DNA from: Octopus bimaculoides
Taxonomy: Eukaryota
DNA: 64,000 nt
Direction: 5' to 3'
NCBI RefSeq assembly: GCF_001194135.2
Contig: NC_068984.1
Coordinates: 55,886,663 to 55,950,662 of the forward strand
Shown here in pieces: positions 38,261-52,261 of the stretch. The position numbers were made by a program, and so were the translations under genes. The notes below the pieces were generated by a model, which did not search any database, had not been told where the DNA came from, and worked only from the letters and a program-made list of their open reading frames with translations. Each line of letters begins with the position of its first letter. Position 1 is the first letter of the stretch.

Positions 38261-39484
38261 TGTACTAAAATGTGTGGAGCCTTATATATGCCATTGTTAG
38301 AAACCTATGGCGTGAGAACGGCATGGTGGTAGGATTATTCACAGACTGATTGCTTAATTATCTAATTTGCTCTTTGCTACTCTTGTTCTCAGGGGTAGAT
38401 AATCATTTTAAGTTTCTAAACACATTATACTTAGATAATTGAGCTAGCAGGAAATGAAATGTCGAATATTACATTTCCCGATGGGATATCGATACGCCTC
38501 ATTTTCCTCATTATTCAGTATCAATGGTAATAGTAATTACTATTGTTAATTACTAATTACGGGTTTAATTCAATTGATAAAACACACCCTTTCATACAGA
38601 AGTCTGGCCTTAGCTTTATACCTCGCCTTTTAATTAAAATCTATTCATGTTAAGTAATATTGTAAAGTGGCCGAAGGAGTAGAATGTCGCAGCTTCATGA
38701 CGTATATGTTCGTAGCCGCCTAATACAGGATACAAATTCTAGTCTGAAATTAAAGAGCCATACGTCAGATTTACTCGAAAAATCACACGGTGGGAACGTT
38801 CTTTTTTTTTGTTTTTTTGTTTTTAACCGGTATGTCGAAATTTTTGCTTCTTTAATAATCCTTTTATCGAGGTATCAATTACATGCATACATGTATTTTC
38901 GTGTTCGCTAAATATTTCTGATAGACTAGCTTGTTATAGCATAATTTTACAAGCAGATTTTAAATTTTATATTTTTATTTTTCAAAGTATTACATGTGTC
39001 ACCTAAAAACCCGAGCGCATCACCACTGACATGCGCGTCTTAGGTAATCATCACATTATATAGACTGTATAGAGGGAAACATTTCAGAACCAAATACAGT
39101 GAATTATGATCCCCACGGCAAGATTTCCTCTGAACAATTACATCTGTTATATCAAACTGGTTATATAAAATCATTCATCAAAAATCAAACCACATAATTT
39201 TCGAGGACACGTTTCTCAGTTTCACAATCGTCATATCTCCATCGTAAATGTCGTTGACTACCACCAGTTCAATATCAATTAATCCAGTATTGTTGCTTTT
39301 GTTGATTTTACTAATGCTGCTCCTTTTTTTATCGTTGTTACTGCTGTTGTTGTTGTTGTTGTTGCTGCTGCTGCTGCTGCTTTTAGCCCCAGTTTAAGCC
39401 TCACTGAGAAAACCTATCATTAGAAGTGCTCCAGTTGTGATGAACATCCAGTCCTTTATTATTTTCAATGTTTTAAACGGTATA

Positions 39485-39652
39485 GACGCAGGCGTTTGTG
39501 TAGTAAGAAGATTGCATACCAACCACATGGTTCTGGGTTCAATCCCCCTGCGTGGCACCTTGAGCAGGTGTTTTGTACCATGGTATCGGGCTGACCAGAG
39601 CCTTGTGAGTGGATTTGGTTGACGGAAATTGAAAGAAACCCGTCGTATATAT

Positions 39653-39751
<99 letters not shown>

Positions 39752-39963
39752 CTTTGTGTCTGTTTTTGCGCCCCACCACCGCTTGACAACCGGTGTTGGT
39801 GTGTTTAAGTCTCCGCAACTTAGTGGTTTGGCAAAAGAAGACCGATAGATAAGTACCAGGCTTAATGCAAAAAATAAGTACTGGGATTGATTCATTCGGC
39901 CAAAAGAAATTTTTCAAGGCGGTGCCCCAGCATGGCCACAGTCTAAAACAAGTAAAAGATAAA
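39485..39963 (+). mobile_element. SINE family C, full length, about 105-bp internal (TA)(TG) microsatellite; nested in a family F copy
   Basis: Head GACGCAGGCG...GGGTTCAATCCCC; microsatellite 39646-39750; F halves at 39380-39460 and 39965-40040. Confidence 0.95.
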
Positions 39964-41067
39964 GGTAAAATGTTGTTTTAGAGTAAAATTTGGTTGCTAC
40001 GACTTCTAACAAGTTGGTCACTTCTGCGTTGGTTAGTCAATACTGTTAAATATCTTGTCTATGAACAGGTCCTTTTAACGCTTCTACACCAAAATGCAGA
40101 TAATATCAAAAATATGTAGAACAAAAATGAATATAACGATATATGCGTGTTTTAAATGGCTATCACGATTTTACTATGATGTAATTAGTTTACATTCAAT
40201 ATACTGTTTTCGATCACGTCGCTTGCCAAAAAATTTGATTCTATCATTACAAGTGGATTCAATACAAATGAATACATCTTCAAGAATTACTTTCTTATGC
40301 AAATCTAAATTGACTTATATTAATAGAGAAACGTGATAGCCTTTGAGGTTTAAAATTGATAAAGGATAACTGATTTATGTATATTAGAAAACAATATATC
40401 ATATGTTATATACATGTGTGTGTGTATTTGCGAGCACATGACTGTATTTGCTTGTTTGTGTGTGCGTGTGTGTGTATGTGTGTGTGGTTTATGCATGTAT
40501 GCGCATAAATGTAAAGTTGAATATTTCTTACATCAATACAATAGCTATATATTATCAATATAAATTCACGAATTCACAACCGATATTTTCTTTAAACAAA
40601 ATTTCGTGTATTAAATTACTGGTACATTAACATTGTTCCGTTTCGTTGTTATATAAAGCGCCATAGAACATATCTATAGATTTTCTTCGTCAGCACTCTA
40701 CATTACAATGAATGTAAGCATTACATCTATCTACATACATACATGCATACATACATACATACATACATATTATGTATTCGCGCACAGAGAAAGAAGGAAC
40801 GGTTGCATATACAGGTCACAATTTTGTTTATAGTTTCATCAGCAACTGTGTACCTTCCTTAACTATCCACGAACACACTGCTCATAAAGTCACTGAAATT
40901 AGTAGCGAAATTAAACTGTACATACGAATTTGCAATTTCAACACTTTTTATGCTTGGTTCTCCTGCAAAATGAAACCCCAGAATACTCTACAGAACTTAA
41001 TAAAAATGCAAAAAATAAAGCATGTAATGCTTTATCCAACAGCTTAGCATAATGTATATCGTCTTTT

Positions 41068-41262
41068 CTACTCTAGGCACAAGGCCCGAAATTTTGGGGG
41101 AGGGGTCAGTCGATTAGATCGACCTCACTATGCAAATGGTACTTAATTTATCGACCCCGAAAAGATGAAAGGCAAGGACGACCTCGGCGAAATTTGAACT
41201 CAGAACGGAAAGACAGACGAAATACCGCTAAGCATTTCGCCCGGCGTGCTAACGTTTCTGCA
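41068..41262 (-). mobile_element. SINE family D
   Basis: AGTCGATTAGATCGACC...GGTACTTAATTTATCGACCCCGAAAAGATGAAAGGCAA...ATTTGAACTCAGAACG...GCTAACGTTTCTGC. Confidence 0.95.
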
Positions 41263-41284
41263 TACCATCTGTGAAGTCAATGAA

Positions 41285-41425
41285 TTAGCTTCTGCACTGC
41301 CATTTCACTTACTAGAAATAGTAGCTAAAGCTCCCTCAAACCACACCTTAGTGCCTTAAAGCTGAATTCTCCAATTAAAGTTGGAATATCGTTGACTATA
41401 TATCGTTAGATCAGGGTTAAAAATA
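41285..41425. mobile_element. Family F, opposite orientation, partial
   Basis: CTAGAAATAGTAGCTAAAGCTCCCTCAAACCACACC...GATCAGGGTTAAAA. Confidence 0.65.
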
Positions 41426-41716
41426 ATAACAATATGAAGAACATCTTGTTTTAGCTAGAACGAAACCCTTTCAAAGAAACGAATATGAACTAGTAGCAAC
41501 AAACATTGGAAATTATCAAGTGGTTTATTTTGCCTAATGGCTACCATTTTAATGACACATCTATTATCTGTTCACCAAATTTATTGCAGTAGTTGTCAAA
41601 AATATAAATATTTATTAAACACAAACACTTCATTGTTAAACGCTATATTTATGTGAGAATATATGTATACGCTTATGTGTGCATTTGTGTATGCAAATTT
41701 GTGTGTGTGTGTGTGT

Positions 41717-41771
<55 letters not shown>

Positions 41772-42011
41772 TATATATATGCGTGTATGTCTGTACACAC
41801 GTATCCATAGATAAACAGAAAGACAGACAGACAGCAGACAGGTGGACAGACAGATAGATAGATAGATATATAGATAGATAGATAGTAAATTATTTAAACC
41901 CTTCTTTACGTATTTAGTGCGCCCACTCTAATCTGTTTGTACACATGCGCGCGCACAGACTCACGCACACACACAGTCACACACAGTCACACACATACAC
42001 ATATATGCCCT

Positions 42012-42392
42012 CTGTCATTTTTGTAACCTCTATTAATTTTGCCTTTAGGTTCTAATTGCTAATAAGCCACACATTTTAATTTTTTTAATTTGTCGTTTAC
42101 ACTTTTACCATTTTGAAAATCAGCACATATTTTATATGGTTTTTCTTATAAGACTGATAGAGGTAGCTGAGTTTAAACCTAGGCGTTAGGAGTCGCTGAT
42201 GAGGATTAAGATGGTCTAGATCAAAATCTGAAATCGCGATCTATATATATGCTGGTGATTTACCTCCCTTAGTCAGTGCTTTTGAGTTATTTTTACTCGT
42301 ATTTTTAGCAAAAGAGGTGCTAGTCAGTACCCACTGTTACTTTTGTGACCTCTATTAATTTTGCCTTCTGGTTCTAATTGCTAATAAGCCAC
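42012..42392. repeat. 59-bp direct repeat pair, 322 bp apart
   Basis: 42012-42070 vs 42334-42392, 54/59 identical. Confidence 0.9.
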
Positions 42393-42437
42393 CCTTTTCA
42401 AGTTTTTGATTTCTTAATTTATATATATATATGTATG

Positions 42438-42486
<49 letters not shown>

Positions 42487-42567
42487 NNNNNNNNNNNNNN
42501 NNNNNNNNNNNNNNNNNNNNNNNNNNNNNNNNNNNNNNNNNNNNNNNNNNNNNNNNNNNNNNNNNNN

Positions 42568-42781
42568 GACCATGCTGGAGTACCGCCCTTAGTCGAGCAA
42601 ATCCACCCCAGGACTTATTCTCTGGGAGCCTAGTACTTATTCTATCGGTCTCTTTTGCCGAACCGCTAAGTTACGAGGACGTCAACACACCAGCATCGGT
42701 TGTCAAGCGATGTTGGGGGGAGGAGGCAAACACAGACACACAACATATACACACACATACATACATATATATATATATATA
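42568..42781 (-). mobile_element. SINE family C, 3' half, between two gaps
   Basis: CCATGCTGGAGTACCGCC...TTTTGCCGAACCGCTAAGTTACG...GTTGTCAAGCGATG. Confidence 0.93.
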
Positions 42782-43745
42782 NNNNNNNNNNNNNNNNNNN
42801 NNNNNNNNNNNNNNNNNNNNNNNNNNNNNNNNNNNNNNNNNNNNNNNNNNNNNNNNNNNNNNNNNNNNNNNNNNNNNNNNNNNNNNNNNNNNNNNNNNNN
42901 NNNNNNNNNNNNNNNNNNNNNNNNNNNNNNNNNNNNNNNNNNNNNNNNNNNNNNNNNNNNNNNNNNNNNNNNNNNNNNNNNNNNNNNNNNNNNNNNNNNN
43001 NNNNNNNNNNNNNNNNNNNNNNNNNNNNNNNNNNNNNNNNNNNNNNNNNNNNNNNNNNNNNNNNNNNNNNNNNNNNNNNNNNNNNNNNNNNNNNNNNNNN
43101 NNNNNNNNNNNNNNNNNNNNNNNNNNNNNNNNNNNNNNNNNNNNNNNNNNNNNNNNNNNNNNNNNNNNNNNNNNNNNNNNNNNNNNNNNNNNNNNNNNNN
43201 NNNNNNNNNNNNAGTTCACAATATATATATAAGGTTAAACGAATGAGGGTTAAACAAGACACAACACAATAGTTTTAATTCAGTTTTCAGGTCTGTGAAA
43301 AATGACTGTCACTCTATGAATGCAGTTTCAAGGTTAAAGAATTTTAGTAGCACCCGCCTCTTTCCCTGTCGGCACTGGACTTACGAAAAGCGTGTGACGG
43401 TAGTGATGCTGGTATCTTGGTTTGCTGAACAATCTACACGATGAGCATCGTTATTGTGGGCAAGATTTGTGCCGAGCCAGTTCGACTCTCTCGTCCTTCG
43501 ATCTTGTATTGGTCTCGTGCAAAAACTACCACAAATCATGATGCAGGATTTGTAAAAAGTCACCTTCTCTTAGATGAACAGCTAAAAAACTGACTGGTCT
43601 CATCTGCCCCGGGTCTGTTGGTGTGGTTTCACTTGATTTGATCCTCAGGCATCGGTCTGCCGAGCGGCGTTGTCTGCTGAGGACGTTCTGCCACGTGGTG
43701 CGTCTTTGTTTTGCAGTATTTTTCTCCTGTTCGTCAATTTTTGCG

Positions 43746-44155
43746 ATGGCTGAAACGAAGGAACAGCGTGCTTCCATAAAATTCCGTTTTCTGCTAGGGA
43801 AAACCGCGGCCGAAACGCTGCTTTGAACAAAACACAAGTCTAGGAGTTGTTTTCACGCTTTAGGAGTGGTCAATTGTTGCTTGAAGACCAACGTCATTCA
43901 GGACGATTGTCGACTTTCCGAACCAATGCAAACATCATGAAAATTCATGAACTGATTTTGGAGGACCGTCACCGAAAAATTGACAGACTTGTTAGTATGA
44001 CTGGTTTATTCTGGAGCTCCTGCCAACGGTTTTGAGCGAGGAATTGCGAATGAAAAGCGTTGCTCACGGAAAATCAAAAGCAGTCACGACTGAATGCGTG
44101 TCTGAATGCATGAACTGAAAGAACAGTTGGGAGTTGATCCGGAACTTTTTTTCGA
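43746..44155 (+). pseudogene. Mariner-like transposase N-terminal remnant (stops, deletions)
   Basis: MAETKEQRASIKFRFLLGKTAAETL* ... KTQV*ELFSRFRSGQLLLEDQRHSGRLST...LEDRHRKI...LSEELRMKSVA ... ELKEQL..DPE: mariner HTH domains and linker; runs into a gap. Confidence 0.9.
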
Positions 44156-44165
44156 NNNNNNNNNN

Positions 44166-44211
<46 letters not shown>

Positions 44212-44501
44212 TACGTGTGTGTATGTATGTATGTATGTATGTAGGTATGTATGTATGTATGTATATAAATAAACGCAAGAGAACGACAGCAATAAACGTA
44301 AAGAGCGGGATTTGATGATATTTTGTTTTTCAGAACGTCTTTAAGCATGATGGTTGATGTCTGTATGTAATTAATCTTAATAAACTGGTGTGTATATAGG
44401 CTATTTATACAAACTGCCTTTAAATCCCCGTGATATAAGAAACACCCACATCGTTAGCGTTTATTTAGGTACTTGTGTATGAATCTGCTTTTGTGTGGTG
44501 T

Positions 44502-44563
<62 letters not shown>

Positions 44564-46469
44564 NNNNNNNNNNNNNNNNNNNNNNNNNNNNNNNNNNNNN
44601 NNNNNNNNNNNNNNNNNNNNNNNNNNNNNNNNNNNNNNNNNNNNNNNNNNNNNNNNNNNNNNNNNNNNNNNNNNNNNNNNNNNNNNNNNNNNNNNNNNNN
44701 NNNNNNNNNNNNNNNNNNNNNNNNNNNNNNNNNNNNNNNNNNNNNNNNNNNNNNNNNNNNNNNNNNNNNNNNNNNNNNNNNNNNNNNNNNNNNNNNNNNN
44801 NNNNNNNNNNNNNNNNNNNNNNNNNNNNNNNNNNNNNNNNNNNNNNNNNNNNNNNNNNNNNNNNNNNNNNNNNNNNNNNNNNNNNNNNNNNNNNNNNNNN
44901 NNNNNNNNNNNNNNNNNNNNNNNNNNNNNNNNNNNNNNNNNNNNNNNNNNNNNNNNNNNNNNNNNNNNNNNNNNNNNNNNNNNNNNNNNNNNNNNNNNNN
45001 NNNNNNNNNNNNNNNNNNNNNNNNNNNNNNNNNNNNNNNNNNNNNNNNNNNNNNNNNNNNNNNNNNNNNNNNNNNNNNNNNNNNNNNNNNNNNNNNNNNN
45101 NNNNNNNNNTAATTATTGCTGCAAGAAACTGTGTTAGTAGGTGTGCAATTGGATATGCGTGTGTAGTATACATGAGCATTTGTATGTGTGGCTATGTACA
45201 GGGGAATCTATTGTACGACCGTATTATGTTTATGCGACATGGCGTTTATATGGTGTTTATAGTGTCAGTATATGTACACACATGTATATGCATGTATGTA
45301 CAAATATATGTATATGCATGCATGTGTATATGCATATGTATATATGTATATATATATGTGTGTGTATATAAATATATATATACCTGTATATGTATGTGTG
45401 TTTGTGTGTGTATGTATGTATGTATGTATGTATGTATGCATGTATGTATGTATGTGAATATAGCTATTTATGCCTTAGTGCATATACACTAGTTTCTATC
45501 TATGAATTTCTGATTTGTGCATGTTTATATATATATATATATATTTATATATTGTTGGAATTTACAAAACAAAGACGAACACGGGTGTATATATATATAT
45601 ATATATATNNNNNNNNNNNNNNNNNNNNNNNNNNNNNNNNNNNNNNNNNNNNNNNNNNNNNNNNNNNNNNNNNNNNNNNNNNNNNNNNNNNNNNNNNNNN
45701 NNNNNNNNNNNNNNNNNNNNNNNNNNNNNNNNNNNNNNNNNNNNNNNNNNNNNNNNNNNNNNNNNNNNNNNNNNNNNNNNNNNNNNNNNNNNNNNNNNNN
45801 NNNNNNNNNNNNNNNNNNNNNNNNNNNNNNNNNNNNNNNNNNNNNNNNNNNNNNNNNNNNNNNNNNNNNNNNNNNNNNNNNNNNNNNNNNNNNNNNNNNN
45901 NNNNNNNNNNNNNNNNNNNNNNNNNNNNNNNNNNNNNNNNNNNNNNNNNNNNNNNNNNNNNNNNNNNNNNNNNNNNNNNNNNNNNNNNNNNNNNNNNNNN
46001 NNNNNNNNNNNNNNNNNNNNNNNNNNNNNNNNNNNNNNNNNNNNNNNNNNNNNNNNNNNNNNNNNNNNNNNNNNNNNNNNNNNNNNNNNNNNNNNNNNNN
46101 NNNNNNNNNNNNNNNNNNNNNNNNNNNNNNNNNNNNNNNNNNNNNNNNNNNNNNNNNNNNNNNNNNNNNNNNNNNNNNNNNNNNNNNNNNNNNNNNNNNN
46201 NNNNNNNNNNNNNNNNNNNNNNNNNNNNNNNNNNNNNNNNNNNNNNNNNNNNNNNNNNNNNNNNNNNNNNNNNNNNNNNNNNNNNNNNNNNNNNNNNNNN
46301 NNNNNNNNNNNNNNNNNNNNNNNNNNNNNNNNNNNNNNNNNNNNNNNNNNNNNNNNNNNNNNNNNNNNNNNNNNNNNNNNNNNNNNNNNNNNNNNNNNNN
46401 NNNNNNNNNNNNNNNNNNNNNNNNNNNNNNNNNNNNNNNNNNNNNNNNNNNNNNNNNNNNNNNNNNNNN

Positions 46470-46533
<64 letters not shown>

Positions 46534-48344
46534 TGTGTGTGTATGTATGTATAGATAGATATGTATATACCTGTATGTGAATGTATGTTTATATATACAT
46601 GCATGGGTGCGTGTGTGTTTGTGTGTGTGTGCGTGCGTGTATGTGTGTGCGCGCGCGCGTGTGTGTATTTTCTAACGGTCTCGTACAAATGGATGTTTAG
46701 ATCATTCGTTTGTTTTTTTTTTGCGTCTATGTAATTACGATAGTAATTATTAATTTCTTTTAACACTTCATCATCATCGCCATCATCATCATCGTCGTCA
46801 TCCCCAATCATCGTCTTCCTTTTTACTAAAATTATTGTTGTTCTTATTCTGCTGTTGTTATTTACCAGCGAGTATTATGAGCGGAACTGTGCTTACAAAA
46901 TATTTTATTTTTATTCTCGCCAACTAATGTCTGACCGTCAAGCCTGTTATCCAGGAGTAAAAAAAAATAATAATAATTCGTCCAGGGACGAATTTATTGG
47001 GTAATACATACTTCTGCAAGCATACATGGTGTTTTGTTTATTAATAGTTCAATATGGCTACCTCTGGTGTAGCGAGAGGAAGTGTTAGCTAAAAGTTGAT
47101 AACAACAATTAATCAGAAGCCATGTGTTGCAGCAGAAACAGATACATCGTGAAATATTGCTTTTGGTCTATTTCTTAGTAGTGTGTAGAATATTATATAC
47201 ACTAGTTTATGGGAGAGAAGCTTTGAATACAACCTGAACTGCAGTTTCGGTTTTATCAGCCCTTCGGTCACCTACATACCTGGAAAAGTAAAGAATTAAG
47301 TGGTTCGCTTGCTCCCTTCTCTTCCCATTTTTCTCAGAAGTAGGGGAAGATATTTAAAGACGGGAGTGAGAGATATTTATAAGTTATATTTTGATTGGTT
47401 GAAACTGACCCTGAAAACCTGCAACGAAAATATCTCATTGGATGATTTATGTTACCGGTCTAAATATAGATGTATGAATGAGAGTGGCTGTGTGTGTGAG
47501 GATTTTTTTTAAAAAAAACTTATACATAAATATAGAATTCTGGGTAGGTGTGATCGTGTGTTAACTTATCCATAAATTAAAGCACAAGAAAAGGGGGTGG
47601 AGAAAAAGAAGAGGAAAAGAGGGGGATGGGAGGGGGGAGGAGGAGAAAAAGAAGAAGAAGAAGAAGACATGGTTAGAGGTTGTGGGAAATATATATATAC
47701 GTGAGCTTGGACACCGGATTACAGTGGACCAGTTTCAACAGAGATAATTTCTCCACTAAATAAAAAATACATTTAGTCTGTATATAATACGATATTATTT
47801 TATGTCAATAAGAATTCTCATCTCCCATTTAACACTCTTCCTACTATAATTTCTTCATTGTCTACGGATAACTACCGTTTCCTTCTCATTACTACAATAA
47901 AACGCGCCAAAACAGTGATTTTTCAGGTAAAATTTAATATATAATAACCTTCATCATCTCAAGGTGTAGAAATACATCCAGAAAATCTTATGGTTTAACC
48001 CAACTTCCAGCTTAGATGTAAAACCTAGTATAATTTAGTCTCTTTTCACTTGCCGACGTAAAAGTGAAAAGAAACTCTCTTATGTTCATTGTAAAATCTT
48101 TACTTCTAATTCCGAAAATGTTCTTCTTTATCAGTGAAATTGTTTTCTCTACCCACCTTTATTGTATCAATCCTAGCAGCAATTCTCTTACTGGAAAATG
48201 CCTGTCTCACTCTCCCTCTCCCACGTGCATCTATTATTTTTCCCGGTCATTTTTCCTTCATCTTCAATCTCCCCCACTCCTTCCTACCTCCGCTTATTTC
48301 ATTTTAGCATCGTCAGAAATTTTTATCGTTTCCTTTTCAGTTTC

Positions 48345-48419
48345 CACCTGTCAAGCGGTGGTGGTTAACAAACAGACACAAAGATACACACACAGATATA
48401 TATATATATATATATATGT
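48345..48419 (-). mobile_element. SINE family C fragment running into a gap at its internal microsatellite
   Basis: TGTCAAGCGGTGGTGG..ACAAACAGACACAAAGATAC(AC)n(TA)n. Confidence 0.75.
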
Positions 48420-48934
48420 NNNNNNNNNNNNNNNNNNNNNNNNNNNNNNNNNNNNNNNNNNNNNNNNNNNNNNNNNNNNNNNNNNNNNNNNNNNNNNNNN
48501 NNNNNNNNNNNNNNNNNNNNNNNNNNNNNNNNNNNNNNNNNNNNNNNNNNNNNNNNNNNNNNNNNNNNNNNNNNNNNNNNNNNNNNNNNNNNNNNNNNNN
48601 NNNNNNNNNNNNNNNNNNNNNNNNNNNNNNNNNNNNNNNNNNNNNNNNNNNNNNNNNNNNNNNNNNNNNNNNNNNNNNNNNNNNNNNNNNNNNNNNNNNN
48701 NNNNNNNNNNNNNNNNNNNNNNNNNNNNNNNNNNNNNNNNNNNNNNNNNNNNNNNNNNNNNNNNNNNNNNNNNNNNNNNNNNNNNNNNNNNNNNNNNNNN
48801 NNNNNNNNNNNNNNNNNNNNNNNNNNNNNNNNNNNNNNNNNNNNNNNNNNNNNNNNNNNNNNNNNNNNNNNNNNNNNNNNNNNNNNNNNNNNNNNNNNNN
48901 NNNNNNNNNNNNNNNNNNNNNNNNNNNNNNNNNN

Positions 48935-49010
48935 TTAAACTGGGTGATGGATTAAATGTACCACCCAAGTAGGTCATGGTGGCATTTGAACTCAAGGCGC
49001 AATGAGTCAG
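48935..49010 (+). mobile_element. Family G fragment
   Basis: 19-bp exact match to the reverse complement of 9723-9741. Confidence 0.45.
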
Positions 49011-49059
49011 GACGAATAGGGCAAAGCAACTGGTCCGAATTTCTTTTAGTTTATATTAA

Positions 49060-49217
49060 CCCACCTCCCTCGATTGGTACTATTTTAACGCCTGGGGTAC
49101 AGAATAAAAGGCAAAGCTGTTATCGACTTCGGAAGGATTTGGTCTCAGAACGTAGGGAGTTGAACACATATCACGAGCCCTTCTATCCGACGCCTTAGCG
49201 CCTCTGTCAATTCGCCA
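49060..49217 (-). mobile_element. SINE family D, degenerate
   Basis: TGGTACTATTTT...AAAAGGCAAAG...CTCAGAACGT...GCCTCTGTCAATTCGCCACC. Confidence 0.75.
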
Positions 49218-50720
49218 CCCAACTGGGAATATTGATCTGAGAAATTTTAACTTCAAATGAAATGCATTGTGTACATGTCTTCATCTTATTCGCATTCAGG
49301 TGTTTGCTTTGCTTCTGATAAAATTTCTTTTCCAGTGTTGTTGAAGGTTTTATTTTTCGTACACCTGTATACCAAGCTTTTGATGTGGTTGCGTTATATA
49401 TTATCTGACGAGGCTTCGTATTGCTGGTCTTGGCTGTTAGAAAAAGCAACTAACGCTTCATATTAGTCTGTTCTACAAAGAAATTTCTATTATATATGTG
49501 TTGTAAATCTGGCAATCCTGTAACACATTAGTTGCTCACTATCTGACACACTCCAGTCTGCCAAAGAAACCGCACTTAAGAGGTACTATTGTAAATATAT
49601 GGAAGCAGTCAGTTAAGCAAATGTTATCATATAAGCAGGTGTATATACTTACGTATAAATGCGCTCAGATATTTGAATGGATGCATGCATATATGTTTGA
49701 ATATACATAAGTACATAAGTCCATATACCTGTATGTATGTTTGTATATATCTATGCTATGTTCGTAGTTGTACGTATAATGATGTGTGCATTTCTTAGCA
49801 AGGTACAATTTTTCGGAGACTAATATTGAATCTTTTTTTATTATTATGAGACATTTACGAAGAGTAGACTTTCACGTACATACCGTTCCTCTGTCCCTCC
49901 CTCACACTCTCACTCTCCTACCCTCACTCTCTCTTCTGAACTCAATCTCTCTTCCTCCCTAACGCTTTCTATCTACATCTATTTATCTGTTTATTTATCT
50001 ATTTTTTACTCGTTCTCCATCACTTCCTTTCACTCTGCTTCATTTTCGCATTCGGGAGAAAGAGAGGGCGCGTGTGTTTTTGTGTGTATGTGTGTATATG
50101 TTCATGTATATCTGTACATGTACGGATACAGACGCATGCATACACACACACACATATGTATGTATGTATGTGTGTATGTATGCACGGTTACATTTACAAA
50201 CGAAAGAAATACGTTCTCAAAACACTGTGTAGTGGTTCTGTTTAATAGGAATCACTCAGTTAATGATTCACGCTATTGCTACTGTTAAGATCCAAGCTGC
50301 ATTGGAGTAAATCATTAACTGTTTCTTTCTATATACATAGATATATATATACATATGTATATNNNNNNNNNNNNNNNNNNNNNNNNNNNNNNNNNNNNNN
50401 NNNNNNNNNNNNNNNNNNNNNNNNNNNNNNNNNNNNNNNNNNNNNNNNNNNNNNNNNNNNNNNNNNNNNNNNNNNNNNNNNNNNNNNNNNNNNNNNNNNN
50501 NNNNNNNNNNNNNNNNNNNNNNNNNNNNNNNNNNNNNNNNNNNNNNNNNNNNNNNNNNNNNNNNNNNNNNNNNNNNNNNNNNNNNNNNNNNNNNNNNNNN
50601 NNNNNNNNNNNNNNNNNNNNNNNNNNNNNNNNNNNNNNNNNNNNNNNNNNNNNNNNNNNNNNNNNNNNNNNTATATATGTATATATATGTATATATATAT
50701 ATGTATGTATATATGTATGG

Positions 50721-50760
<40 letters not shown>

Positions 50761-51293
50761 GCATATACATGTATATACATTTATATAAACGTACATATAC
50801 ATATACATAAATATAGATATACTTATATATGTATGTATATGTATATATTTATAAATATATATGCATACACGCATACATATATTGGTGTGTGTACGTGTGT
50901 GTGTATGTATCTTTGTATCTATGTACGTATCTATGTAACTGTGTATGTATTTGTGTGTGTGCGCACGCGCGCCCGTAAGTGTGTACATAAATAGATCTTA
51001 AATGTCACAGCAGTTGTTTCCACTGTCTGTTCTATGTCATATCAACTGTAAGTCGGAATACGTTTCTGGAAAAATAAAAATCATCAAAAATCATCGAAAA
51101 AATCGCAATACATTTCCAAACATCATCTATCTCGCAATTTTCCGGCTTTCTGCCACCTAAAGTTTGTCATATTTCTGCACTTTATATTTATCGGAGATGG
51201 AGTGATCTCCATAGGTTTCTACGACTAGTATTCAAATTTTTTCGATGAACTAGATAGACTACATGCTCATTAATTTAACCTGTAAGCTGGCAA

Positions 51294-51480
51294 GGCAGCG
51301 AGCTGATAGAGTCGTTAGCACGTTCAAGGTTCAAATTCTAGGTTCAAATTCCGTTGACGTCGAATTTGCCTTTCATCCTTTCTGGGTAGATAAAACAAGT
51401 ACCAGTTGGGCACTGGGGTCATTGTAATCGACTTCCTCCTTCCCTTGAAATTAGTGGCCTTGTGCCAAAATTTGAAATGA
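51294..51480 (+). mobile_element. SINE family D with internal deletion and duplicated B-box
   Basis: GGCAGCGAGCTG..AGAGTCGTTAGCACG, then AGGTTCAAATTC x2, GCCTTTCATCCTTTCTGGGTAGATAAAACAAGTACCAG. Confidence 0.9.
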
Positions 51481-52261
51481 ATATATTTTACGAAATCTAA
51501 CTTTTCAAAAATAACTGGTACCATTGAATCACTGCGCCATATGTGTGGTATAAGGTTCACTTTTATCCGGTGTTTCTATTGAGACATCATTTCTAGGCGC
51601 TTGCCGGTAAGACATTACTATACCCTGCCAAATGTCAATCTAGTCTTTGTACGGTTTTCGCTAAGAAGCCTTAACTTTGAATAGGGACAAATAAATAATA
51701 GTTATATGTTACTACAAAATAGTGCTTTGCCTATGATATAGCTATCTTTTATAACACTCGCTGGTATTTTATCTTTTGTGTCTCACCAATTATAATCTGT
51801 TAACTAATACCTCTCTTGCAATTTATCTCTCCAAATACAAATATCTTATAGTCCATTATATTAAGACATCATTTAACATAGTGCAGATAGGATAGTCTTA
51901 GATATAGATGTCAGTCAAATGTTTTGCTTGACCAATTTACCTCCACCGAATAGGCCCACAAATGTATAGCTTACTGCATTAATTTTTGAGAAACGAACCA
52001 ATGGATAAAAGAGATTTTATTCTACGAAGCTACTAATTTATGTAATCATTGCAACGAAATCTGTTCCAATTTCCTATCACCCTGTCGTTTTATAATAGAG
52101 GACATGTTTCAAGTTTTAATCTTTTAGTAGGATGGTTAGCAATGAAAATATAAAGTTTTCAGCTAGAATATTGATTGGGTGGCACTTAATTCAACTATCT
52201 TTGTGCGGAGTTAAAAGCTGATACTTAACAACAACTACAAAAATAATTATTAAACTCAACC

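Noticed and set aside
42012-42392. TRIM/mini-LTR reading of the 59-bp direct repeats
   Set aside because: The first copy is TG...CA but the second ends CC; there is no PBS, polypurine tract or TSD.
43280-43745. 5' TIR of the mariner remnant
   Set aside because: CAGGTCTGTGAAAAA at ~43288 is suggestive, but the other end is lost in a gap, so it cannot be verified.
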